A DNA stretch of 64,000 nt from an uncultured Candidatus Saccharibacteria bacterium. GTDB taxonomy: Bacteria; Patescibacteriota; Minisyncoccia; Phycocordibacterales; UBA2100. Below the pieces are notes generated by a model. The model did not search any database. It worked only from the letters and a program-made list of their open reading frames with translations, and had not been told where the DNA came from. The position numbers and the translations under genes are program-made. Below are positions 28,540 to 37,615 of this stretch, in pieces (position 1 is the first letter of the stretch; each line of letters starts with the position of its first letter). Location: NCBI GenBank assembly GCA_964424265.1, contig CAYRHX010000004.1:4081-68080 (forward strand), read 5' to 3'.

Positions 28540-29349
28540 TTATATTTTGAGCTTGAGGGACGTTTTCTTCTTTTGGTTTTCGAGAAATTCCTGCTGTCGA
28601 AAGAAGTTCATCGCTGCAATTTCGGGTTTCCCGCCCAACATCTGCAAGATATCACGGAGAGGCACCGTGTTGCTAGCCATGTCCATTTCCTCAAAAACTC
28701 GCTTAAAAAACTCGTAATCCTCCGGATAGTCAAGCGTCAATCGGATTTTTTCATTCCAATAGATGGGGTCGGCAACTTTAAAATCTGAAACGTTAAAAAG
28801 TCCCGTATCAGTGAAATACACCCACATCATCTCGGTCTCCTTTGTATCTTTAATCTCGCACACTTTCTCGAGAGCCGTTGTCTTGATCCCGAACTCAGGT
28901 CCGCCGCAGACAAGTCCCTTTGGGATATTGAGAAAATCCGGCCGCTCTGTTTTTATCTGCTGTATCTCCATCTCGATAAGCTCCGAACCAAAGAACGGAT
29001 CGTCGCCGTCAAGTGTAATAATGTAATCTGCTTCAAATCTTCTGGCAGCACCAAGCCATCGATCGAGCTTATCCTCGAGACTGCCGCGGAAACACAAAAT
29101 TCCTTCTTTCGACGCGATTTCCTCTAGAACATCGTCCTGCTCCCTATCTGAGGTACAGAGCACAATGCCATCGAGTCCTCGTACCGACTTCGCGCGGTCA
29201 ATCACATGCTCAACCACCCTTCTTCCCCGAATTGGCAAAAGCGCCTTCTGCGGAAGACGCGACGAATCGGATCGCACAGTGATTAGTCCAAGAATCTTCA
29301 TATACCCTGTAGTATCCCACTGGCGCGGTGCCCGGTCTAGCGGTAGCAT
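28540..29349 (-). CDS. Acylneuraminate cytidylyltransferase-like CMP-nonulosonic acid synthetase (CTP_transf_3)
   Basis: MKILGLITVRSDSSRLPQKALLPIRGRRVVEHVIDRA. Probable start at about 29301. Confidence 0.75.
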   Translation of the reverse strand: MLPLDRAPRQWDTTGYMKILGLITVRSDSSRLPQKALLPIRGRRVVEHVIDRAKSVRGLDGIVLCTSDREQDDVLEEIASKEGILCFRGSLEDKLDRWLGAARRFEADYIITLDGDDPFFGSELIEMEIQQIKTERPDFLNIPKGLVCGGPEFGIKTTALEKVCEIKDTKETEMMWVYFTDTGLFNVSDFKVADPIYWNEKIRLTLDYPEDYEFFKRVFEEMDMASNTVPLRDILQMLGGKPEIAAMNFFRQQEFLENQKKKTSLKLKI

Positions 29350-29357
29350 GACCTCAC

Positions 29358-30614
29358 ATGCTTCAGTCTCTTAAAAACCGCACACTCGCCCTTCTGCGGT
29401 GGAGCGAGACCTACACCAAGACCGATATGTTGTATGCAGTACACGGAGGATTCTGGCTTGTCGTTGCCAAAATGGTCGCACTCGGATCATCGCTGCTCCT
29501 TGCTGTCGCGATGGCAAATTTTATTTTGCCGCAGACGTTCGGGGTCTATAAATTCGTGTTGTCAGCAACGGGTATACTCGGCGCCATTACTCTAACGGGC
29601 GCGGGGGCTGCAATCGTGCAGTCGGTTGCACGCGGATACGAAGGCGCATTTCGCTCTGGAACAATCGAGTACATCAAGTGGAGTTTGGGTTCTGTCGCAC
29701 TCGCAATCTCGATGGCCATCTACTATTTAGTCAACGAGAACTACACTCTTGCGGCATCTTTTTTTATCGTCGCGATCTGTAACCCGATACTCGTGAGCTC
29801 CTCCTTCTTCACACAATTCATCTCTGCAAAGAAGGATTTCCGAACTGGATCAATATTTGATAGCATTGCAGACATCGTTCCCGTATCTATTTTGATCGCC
29901 GCAACGCTCCTCACTCAAAATCCCGTATTCCTTATTGCGACCTACTTCTTATCGGGGACAGGCATCAATCTCGTGTTGCGACACGCCACAATCAGAAAAT
30001 ATCGTCCCAATGATCGAGTCGATCCCGAGACCATTCCATATGCCCGACACTTAAGCCTCATAGGTATGATCGGAAAGATCGCTGAAAACGTCGATAAAAT
30101 ACTTGTCTTTCATTATCTCGGGGCGGCGCAATTGGCGATTTACGCATTCGCTCAAACGCCGATTGCTCAATTGAAGCTCTTCAACGACATCCCAGCGAGA
30201 CTCGCCCTCCCGAAGTTGAGTGCAAGAAATCTCTCCGAACTAAAAGATTCACTCCCTAGAAAGATTCTCTTGCTGGTCGGAGTTATGACAGTCGTCGTGA
30301 TTATATATATTGCTCTTGCTCCGTTTCTTTTTAGACTCCTGTTTCCTCAGTATCTAGAATCTATCGTCCTTACGCAAGTACTTGCACTTTCTCTCATCTT
30401 TGCCCCAGGTTCAATGTTTGGAGAAGCTTTGACTGCGCACATGCGAAAGAAAGAACTATACATCTCACAAACGATTCTTCCAATTGCGAAAATTGGTCTT
30501 TTTATGTTGCTATTGCCAGCATGGGGAATCTGGGGCGCTGTATGCACAACGATCGTCTCACAATGTCTCATGTTTATAATCTATTCCTACCTCTTTTTGC
30601 GGACACAGCGTTAA
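29358..30614 (+). CDS. Wzx-type oligosaccharide flippase (MOP superfamily polysaccharide biosynthesis protein)
   Basis: 418 aa, about 12-14 TM helices with the Wzx arrangement. Confidence 0.75.
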   Translation: MLQSLKNRTLALLRWSETYTKTDMLYAVHGGFWLVVAKMVALGSSLLLAVAMANFILPQTFGVYKFVLSATGILGAITLTGAGAAIVQSVARGYEGAFRSGTIEYIKWSLGSVALAISMAIYYLVNENYTLAASFFIVAICNPILVSSSFFTQFISAKKDFRTGSIFDSIADIVPVSILIAATLLTQNPVFLIATYFLSGTGINLVLRHATIRKYRPNDRVDPETIPYARHLSLIGMIGKIAENVDKILVFHYLGAAQLAIYAFAQTPIAQLKLFNDIPARLALPKLSARNLSELKDSLPRKILLLVGVMTVVVIIYIALAPFLFRLLFPQYLESIVLTQVLALSLIFAPGSMFGEALTAHMRKKELYISQTILPIAKIGLFMLLLPAWGIWGAVCTTIVSQCLMFIIYSYLFLRTQR

Positions 30615-30645
30615 AAACGACTCTTCCGGTACTCGAAACAAACGC

Positions 30646-32529
30646 ATGAGAAACCTTCGAGATATCTATCTAGCGCTTTGCGCATCGTATGCAACACAGA
30701 TGCGTATCGCCAGGTTCATTATTTCCGGTGGCACTGCAACAGCTGTCAATCTTGGAGCACTATTCATACTCACACACTTATTCCACATCTGGTATCTCTT
30801 TTCTTCAGTACTTGCATTTGGCGCGTCATTCCTCGTCAGCTTCACATTGCACAAATTCTGGACATTCGGTGACACCTCTCAGGATCGCATACACGTCCAA
30901 GCATCTCTATTCTTCCTCGTCATCGTTACGGCGCTCGGAATCAACACTGGTCTGCTCTATACGTTTGTCGAGTACGCACATCTGCACTACCTCGTCGCAC
31001 AATTTATAAGCGGTATTTTCATCGCATTCATCAACTACTTCAGCTACAAGCACCTTGTGTTTCGTGTGGAAGATCCATCAACTGCGCCGACAGAAAACTC
31101 CAGACCTGTGCTTACACGCCTCTTTTTCCTTGCATGTGCCACGGTGACATTTCTCATTCTCGCGCTCTACCGCCTGCCAGAAAATCCACCGACATGGTTG
31201 GATGAAGGGGCCATAACGCAGGTGTCTATCAATCTCGCACACAGCGGAACCTATGGTCTTCAGACAGCGCCTGGACATTTCGTCTCGACCGATTTTCTCA
31301 CCACGAGCCTCCCGGTCATCTATCCTGTCGCTCTCTCGTTTTTCCTTTTTGGCACATCGATTTTGGATGCGCGGATGGTCATGGTTATTTTCATGGGACT
31401 CCTGTGCGTCTTTTCGTATTTTCTGATCCGGATGCTCGCCACCGAAAGGAAACGCGAGTTACCCATCCTCTCTCTGTACTTACTAGTCACATTTGCGCCG
31501 CTCTACGGACACGGAAAAAATGTGCTCGGCGAAGTACCCGGACTCATGTTCTTCGTCGCCTCTCTTGTCGCCTTTCATTTCGCGGAAAGACGTTCGGGTC
31601 TGTGGCTTTGGATACTTTCAGGTGCGTTTTTGGGTCTCTCGGCGACCACCAAACCAATCTACCTGTTTATTATTGCGCCATCCGCACTATTGACACTCCT
31701 GATATATCGCAAACGATTCTCTCTCAAAAACATCGGCGTCTACGCCGTGAGCGCTTCGAGCATTCTCATGTTGTGGTTTTTCGTACACGTCACGAATGTC
31801 GTCGCCCTTAAAGAGATTCTTCTTTCAGCCAACACGAACAACGTCGCGCTCTCCACTCGTCTTTTTGAAAATGGCATTCGATTCGTTTCCGAACCTCAAC
31901 CACTTTACTTCCTCGCTCTCCTTGCTCTTTGGTGGATCGCCTTGGTATACCGCAGATGGAAGAGGATTGAGATCTCAAGCGTTGAGCTCTTTGCTGGTAT
32001 TTTTGCTGTGACAAATCTCATTCTGTATCTTGCAAGTCGAGGTTTTTATCGTTACTTTTTCCCCGCGGAGATACTCGCGCTGATTTTCTTACCACTCGCT
32101 CTATACACCATGCCGCTCAAAGAACAGTACCGAGCCATATTCCTTAAAGCCTGTACCGCGTTCATCGTATTTCTTGTCCTCCTCCAAGGCTATCAAACAT
32201 TTTTCCGTTCATGGATATCTGAATACAGATCGAGTGCTCGCTCTGCCCTTCTTTCTGAACACCTGCGCGGTATCCCCGGTGAAAGAAGCGTCTTTTTCTA
32301 CAATGTTCCCGAAGCCGTCATATTTTTGCCATCTCAAAACTACTACCAGTACTTGTGGTTCGGCGACAACACCATCCGAGGAGAAGAAAATCTGCCGATA
32401 CTCTTTCGAGGTGAGCCCGATTTCGTCTTAGTAGATGGAAAATTCCCTGATACTGACAAAATATCGCCTCTATATATTGAGATTTCGCGATTCGACAAAT
32501 ATGTTCTCTACGAAAAAAAGCGCAAGTAA
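30646..32529 (+). CDS. GtrA-like domain fused to GT-C (GT39/GT83, ArnT/PMT-like) membrane glycosyltransferase
   Basis: 627 aa. N-terminal 4-TM GtrA (FIISGGTATAVNLGALFILTHL...LHKFWTF) then about 11 TM helices typical of polyprenyl-phosphate-sugar-dependent GT-C enzymes. Confidence 0.75.
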   Translation: MRNLRDIYLALCASYATQMRIARFIISGGTATAVNLGALFILTHLFHIWYLFSSVLAFGASFLVSFTLHKFWTFGDTSQDRIHVQASLFFLVIVTALGINTGLLYTFVEYAHLHYLVAQFISGIFIAFINYFSYKHLVFRVEDPSTAPTENSRPVLTRLFFLACATVTFLILALYRLPENPPTWLDEGAITQVSINLAHSGTYGLQTAPGHFVSTDFLTTSLPVIYPVALSFFLFGTSILDARMVMVIFMGLLCVFSYFLIRMLATERKRELPILSLYLLVTFAPLYGHGKNVLGEVPGLMFFVASLVAFHFAERRSGLWLWILSGAFLGLSATTKPIYLFIIAPSALLTLLIYRKRFSLKNIGVYAVSASSILMLWFFVHVTNVVALKEILLSANTNNVALSTRLFENGIRFVSEPQPLYFLALLALWWIALVYRRWKRIEISSVELFAGIFAVTNLILYLASRGFYRYFFPAEILALIFLPLALYTMPLKEQYRAIFLKACTAFIVFLVLLQGYQTFFRSWISEYRSSARSALLSEHLRGIPGERSVFFYNVPEAVIFLPSQNYYQYLWFGDNTIRGEENLPILFRGEPDFVLVDGKFPDTDKISPLYIEISRFDKYVLYEKKRK

Positions 32530-32535
32530 CCTATT

Positions 32536-32979
32536 ATGAATGCACCAAAACGACTAACGGACGAGGAATACAACTTCATATTTGACCGCGTCGCGCGCCT
32601 CAGTATTGACCTAGTTATAACTTCAAACGAAGGAATTCTCCTATCGCTTCGAGACATCGAACCGTTTAAGGGTATGTGGCACCTGCCTGGTGGAATGATC
32701 TATAAAAATGAGTCGGTGAGCGAAGCGGCTCAAAGAATTGCCCGGGCAGAAACTGGTTTGGAGGTAAAGATTGGCTCATGTATTGGCTATATTGAGTACA
32801 TCCATGCGTCTCAAGACGATCACGACCGCCACACCGTAAGTATTGTGCTCAGCGCCCTTCCCAGAGAAAATGAGCCAAAAACGGACTACCAGGCGCAAAG
32901 GATCCAATTCCACCCAAAAGCACCCAATAACATTATCGAGCAGCAAAAAAGATTCCTCGTGGAACACAACCTGATCTAA
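32536..32979 (+). CDS. NUDIX hydrolase (GDP-mannose mannosyl hydrolase-like)
   Basis: 147 aa. Nudix box GGMIYKNESVSEAAQRIARAETGLEV. Confidence 0.75.
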   Translation: MNAPKRLTDEEYNFIFDRVARLSIDLVITSNEGILLSLRDIEPFKGMWHLPGGMIYKNESVSEAAQRIARAETGLEVKIGSCIGYIEYIHASQDDHDRHTVSIVLSALPRENEPKTDYQAQRIQFHPKAPNNIIEQQKRFLVEHNLI

Positions 32980-33018
32980 CAGGGAGGATTAGCAAGCGAA
33001 GGTCTTTTCCACGGGGAC

Positions 33019-34293
33019 TCACCGCCCGATGATCCGCACATCTGGCAAAGGAACGATGAATTTCGTCCCCTCCGCCATAAGATCCGATTCTCTTTTTATA
33101 AAACCTCCTATAAAACTGTACGGTAGGGCAAGCAAATAATCTGGCTTCGCGGCGCGCATTTCAACCTCATCTTTAATGAGTATATCTGAACCGATGATAA
33201 ATTTGCCGTGTTTGAAGGGATTTGAATCAGCCGCAGCCGCGATTGTCTCACGCCCGATTCCACAATATTGGAGAATGGTGTTCCCCTTGGTAGAAGCTCC
33301 ATACACCCAAATAGTTTTTCCCTCCGCACTTATCTTTGCACATAAATCTTGGAGGTCTGTGCGCGTCTTTTCGATCCTCCGCATAAATTTCTGGTACGTT
33401 TCCAGCTCAAACACCCCATCATCGAGCTCGTTCTGGAGAAGCCCACGCAAGCGCTCCGTCAGAGGAAATCTTTTACACCCCTTCTTCTTTACAAACACCC
33501 GGAAGCTCCCCCCGTACACATCATTCTCCGTCACGTCGAACACCTCGAGACCCACCTGCTCCATGAGCCATTTCATATGGACAGTCGCGTAATATCCAGC
33601 GTGTTCATGGACGATGTTGTCATACATATTCGTCCGGATCATTGCGGGAAGGTAGGCCATTTGGATCACCCATACCCCCTCATCGTCGAGGCATGTCGCG
33701 GCATCCCGCGCGAGCTTGAGAGGATCGTCGAGATGATAGAACATCGCGATGCTAAAGATGAGTTTCGCTTTCTTCTTCGAGTTCTTTCGAAACGCTGCCG
33801 CATTAAAAAAATCATGCACTGCCGTATAATTCGGAGAATCGAGAAGCGACCTTACATTCTTCGCCGGATCAATATTGATGAGCTCGAAAGGATCGTCGCG
33901 AAAAAAGGAGAGGAGTGTGCCATCGTTACCTCCGATGTCGAGAATGACATCACCCGACTCGAGATTCTTGAGCGCACGCCTGCTCTGTGCCACATCCTCG
34001 AGAATACGCGCCATGGATGAGTTTGTGCTGCTCGTATATGGATACGCATCATACATGGCCGAAAGATCGAGCCTGTGGCCAAGCTGGACGAGGCCGCACG
34101 TTTTGTCCGTTTTACGGCACATCACGAGATCGAGTGGATATTTAATAGCATCTTTCCGATATTCGAGATTCTCGGGAAATACCGACGAAAGATATTGCTC
34201 GCCAATATCAATGCAAGGCACGAGGTCGGAGTTTCCGCATACTCGGCATCGCTCAATCCTCGGGACCACCTGTGCGATTGATCTTTTTTGCAT
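33019..34293 (-). CDS. NDP-hexose C-methyltransferase paralog (TylCIII-like)
   Basis: 424 aa. CRVCGNS...C Zn-ribbon, VILDIGGNDGTL MTase core, C-terminal KFIVPLPD. Same architecture as the 21192-22421 gene. Confidence 0.75.
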   Translation of the reverse strand: MQKRSIAQVVPRIERCRVCGNSDLVPCIDIGEQYLSSVFPENLEYRKDAIKYPLDLVMCRKTDKTCGLVQLGHRLDLSAMYDAYPYTSSTNSSMARILEDVAQSRRALKNLESGDVILDIGGNDGTLLSFFRDDPFELINIDPAKNVRSLLDSPNYTAVHDFFNAAAFRKNSKKKAKLIFSIAMFYHLDDPLKLARDAATCLDDEGVWVIQMAYLPAMIRTNMYDNIVHEHAGYYATVHMKWLMEQVGLEVFDVTENDVYGGSFRVFVKKKGCKRFPLTERLRGLLQNELDDGVFELETYQKFMRRIEKTRTDLQDLCAKISAEGKTIWVYGASTKGNTILQYCGIGRETIAAAADSNPFKHGKFIIGSDILIKDEVEMRAAKPDYLLALPYSFIGGFIKRESDLMAEGTKFIVPLPDVRIIGR

Positions 34294-34308
34294 GGAGTTC
34301 CGACAATC

Positions 34309-35004
34309 TTACGGTGTAGGCTCCCAATTATCAAGAAAGGTGAGTACGTCGCGGGCATCCGGAAAGTCCGGTTTAGGATTCACTATTTCCTGGACGTCCA
34401 CCGGCCCATCAAATTCCACTTTCACGCCTAGGTGATCTGCGATTTCCCGCAATGAGATGGTGTTGCGTGCTCCCACTTCGATAATGCCGCTTTTACCCAA
34501 ATTTCCCGAAATCCACTCCCCGACGAATTCTAGCGGAGTAAAACAGTAGCGGCTCTCCGCGCCTACATACACTTTCTTCCCTCGTTTGATATCCAAGAGC
34601 GCACCTTTCGTGATATTGGGGCTGTACATGGCACTCAGGCGCACGATTAGATTGTCTCCGAAGTCACAGATTTTCTCGGCGGCTGCTTTGTGTCGGCCGT
34701 AGACCGTATTAAGCTGACACCGTGCGGAAATCGTGCTTATCTGGATGAACTTCTTGTATTTCCATCTGTAGACGAGGTCGGCCGTCTTCTGCACCGTTTC
34801 TATAAAATCCTCTGCCGGATGATTCTTGGCAAAAAAACGTGCTCCTGGCATCGCCGCATTTATGACCACGCTGTACTCATGCGTCTGCATCTCGCCATAA
34901 TTCTCGCGCGTGACCCACACGACAGAATTCGGGGTTTGCGCGAGTGCGGTACACAAGGCACTCCCTACATATCCTTTTGCGCCGACAACGGCAACAGATG
35001 CCAT
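34309..35004 (-). CDS. NAD(P)-dependent sugar reductase/epimerase (atypical short SDR)
   Basis: 231 aa. MASVAVVGAKGYVGSAL Rossmann motif. Confidence 0.6.
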   Translation of the reverse strand: MASVAVVGAKGYVGSALCTALAQTPNSVVWVTRENYGEMQTHEYSVVINAAMPGARFFAKNHPAEDFIETVQKTADLVYRWKYKKFIQISTISARCQLNTVYGRHKAAAEKICDFGDNLIVRLSAMYSPNITKGALLDIKRGKKVYVGAESRYCFTPLEFVGEWISGNLGKSGIIEVGARNTISLREIADHLGVKVEFDGPVDVQEIVNPKPDFPDARDVLTFLDNWEPTP

Positions 35005-35007
35005 GAG

Positions 35008-35445
35008 CTATTTCTTCACCTTGGAGCCCTGGAGGTCTTCCACTCGAACGATCGGAGGATTACAATCGTCCCACCTTTTAGAGAGCATCGCAACGGCCGT
35101 GACAGCGGTTATGGCATAGAACGCGTGAGAAGTGCCCATTGGCGTACGCACGCATGATCCGCGACTCATATGGATCTGCTCCTCCGGAGCGTCAGGAGAA
35201 TCTTTTGTCACCATCACGCCCGATCCGTCGACGACCAGAAAATATTCATTAAATTCCGGATGGTAGTGGTGGCCTCTCGTTTTCCCCGGCTGGAAATAGA
35301 GCATATTGAACTCGACGAGCGGATCCTTTGGCAGCCATGTGAAAATCCCCCCTCGACCATCCCGAACGGTCTCCAGATTGCACGACGGGCTTAATATCTC
35401 GATTTTCATAAGTTCCAGTGTACGTAGTGCTTCGGTAAGCGTCAA
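35008..35445 (-). CDS. FdtA/WxcM-like cupin, NDP-4-keto-6-deoxyhexose 3,4-ketoisomerase
   Basis: 145 aa. TRGHHYHPEFNEYFLVVDGS His-cluster cupin motif. Confidence 0.65.
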   Translation of the reverse strand: MTLTEALRTLELMKIEILSPSCNLETVRDGRGGIFTWLPKDPLVEFNMLYFQPGKTRGHHYHPEFNEYFLVVDGSGVMVTKDSPDAPEEQIHMSRGSCVRTPMGTSHAFYAITAVTAVAMLSKRWDDCNPPIVRVEDLQGSKVKK

Positions 35446-36176
35446 GAAGACTTCTCGAAGAACACGACACGAATGAGATCCACAAAATATTTGGGAGCTT
35501 GCTGGAGAAAATTCAGTTTTGAATCTCCGAATTTGCGAGGGCGAAACATCACCGGTATTTCCGCTATTTTCGCTCCCTTCTGGTGCACCCGGAAAATGGT
35601 CTCGAACAGAAAGAAGTTACGGTCTTCGGTCGTGTGAACTTTTTTCCAGATTGATGAGCGCACTATCCGAAAATTCGTATTATATTCCCGGAGATTCCCT
35701 GTGCGGCTTATCACGCGAACGATCAAATTGCACACCCACCCGATGGGAAGCATCATCTCCTGCGTTATCACTCTCTTGCGCTTTTCCTCCGTCGTTTTGT
35801 CTACGACTTTGTAGCCCAAGACTAGGTCGTACCCGTTGCAGATCTTTTCATATAATGATTGCATGTCGGGAGTCACGAAAGATAGATCGGCATCCGACGA
35901 TAATATATATTCTCCCCTCGCCTTATTATAACCATCGCGAAGTGCGCTTCCGATTCCCAAAAGACCGGGACGTTCGAGAAGAACTATGTTGTGATATTTT
36001 GAATTTAGCCCGTGAACAAGCTCGCGCGTACCATCGTTTGAATTATCATCGACCACAACGATCTCCAGTGCCACACTCTCAAATTCTGCCTCGATCTGCG
36101 GAATAAGGAGTGCGAGATTCTCTTTTTCTTTGTACGTTGGCAAAACAACCGAAAGCTCTGGTATGACCTCTAGCAT
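35442..36176 (-). CDS. GT2 polyprenyl-phosphate sugar synthase (Dpm1/GtrB/ArnC-like)
   Basis: 244 aa. LSVVLPTYKEKENL...VVVDDNSNDGT...SSDADLS. Confidence 0.8.
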   Translation of the reverse strand: MLEVIPELSVVLPTYKEKENLALLIPQIEAEFESVALEIVVVDDNSNDGTRELVHGLNSKYHNIVLLERPGLLGIGSALRDGYNKARGEYILSSDADLSFVTPDMQSLYEKICNGYDLVLGYKVVDKTTEEKRKRVITQEMMLPIGWVCNLIVRVISRTGNLREYNTNFRIVRSSIWKKVHTTEDRNFFLFETIFRVHQKGAKIAEIPVMFRPRKFGDSKLNFLQQAPKYFVDLIRVVFFEKSS

Positions 36177-36182
36177 AATCTT

Positions 36183-37615
36183 TTAAATGAATTTGACCTT
36201 ACGCATCGCAAATGCGGTCATCTTAAGCAGGAGCCATCCGTGGCTCCAACGCTGAATGTTGGTGGTACCGTAGGTGCGCTCTCCGTAGTGCACGGGCATG
36301 TCGATGATCTTTCGGTTGAGCTTCGCTGCACCAAAGAGGAGGTCGAAATCACCAAAGGGATCGAAGTCGCCAAAAAAGGATCGGCCTGCCTGAATCTCCG
36401 CATAGTCTTCGCGCCAGAGCATCTTCGTGCCGCAGAGCGTGTCTTTCAGTCTCGAATCCAAAAGCCAGCTAAATGCCAGACCGAAAAATTTGTTGGCGAG
36501 CAAGTTCAAGAATCTCATAGATTCCTTCTCAAGCGGATACACGAGACGCGAGCCGTTGATAAAATCCCCCCTCCCCTCGACGAGCGCGCGATAAAATTTC
36601 TCCATATCGGATGCCGGAACAGTCATGTCCGCATCGTAAATAGTAAGGATATCGCCGGTCGCCATGTCAAATCCCTTTCGCACCGCGTCGCCCTTCCCCT
36701 TTCCGTCCTGTTGTGCAATCAATATTTTTCTCGCTCCTCGAGACGAGTCCGACCCGTATTTTTTGGCCACACGTTGTATCTCGTCCCACGTATTGTCCTT
36801 TGAGTGCCCCTCTATCAAGATGAGTTCGGTATATGATCCGAGCGTCGGGAGCTCCATCACAATACGTTCAATCATTCCTGCTTCATTGCGCGCGGGGACG
36901 ACGATTGAAAGAGAGGGGTTCGGCAGAGGTGAGCGCGAATCAATCTTGCGCAAGACAGCGTAGTGGTAGAGTCCGAGCCGCGTGAATGGAAAGATATTTG
37001 CGAGGTAGGTATTAAAAAAAGTGCTGATGATTGGGATGTATTTGGGGACGAGCATTCGTGTGCCGCCTCGCGCGACCTCAAGACCCGCAAGATGTGCGAA
37101 GTTCTCAAGGTCGTTGCGAGAAATCCAATTTTGCGTGCGCGATGGCATACGCAGCCCCACTGATGATGCCAGCTGCAAAAACGGCTCCCAAAGCGTACTG
37201 TGCTGCGTTACGACGATACGCCCGCGCCACGAGATGCGTTCGGAAGAATCGCGCAAGAGCGTCTCCACGTCATCAACGTACCCGAGCAGATCGGAAATAA
37301 CGGCGTACTCAAACGTTTCCTTCACGTTAGCAAGTTGCTCTTGCTTGAATGTCACATTCTCTGGCAGTTTTTGCTTTTGAATCTCAGAGATTATGCGCGC
37401 GCTCGCATGGATCCCAAGTCCGCGCTTCGGTGTAAGCAACGCGAGCAGGTCCGGAGAATCGGCACCGATGTGCAGTACCGTCGCTCCACGGGGAACGAGA
37501 AACCCGACGAAGGATTCGAGCGAGCGATGGTAGTACCTGTTTCGTTTGCGCCATCGCATCCTATCCTCAGCGTGACTGTCGAAATATTTGAGTGCCGCGT
37601 TACTGAGATGCATAG
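36183..37615 (-). CDS. Fusion: class I SAM methyltransferase-like domain + GT2 glycosyltransferase
   Basis: ORF extends to 37868, but the first 85 codons overlap the upstream gene and look non-coding. Start chosen at MHLSNAALKYFD. MTase motif ATVLHIGADSPDLLALL. GT2 motifs SIVVPARNEAGMIERIV, DADMTVP. Confidence 0.65.
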
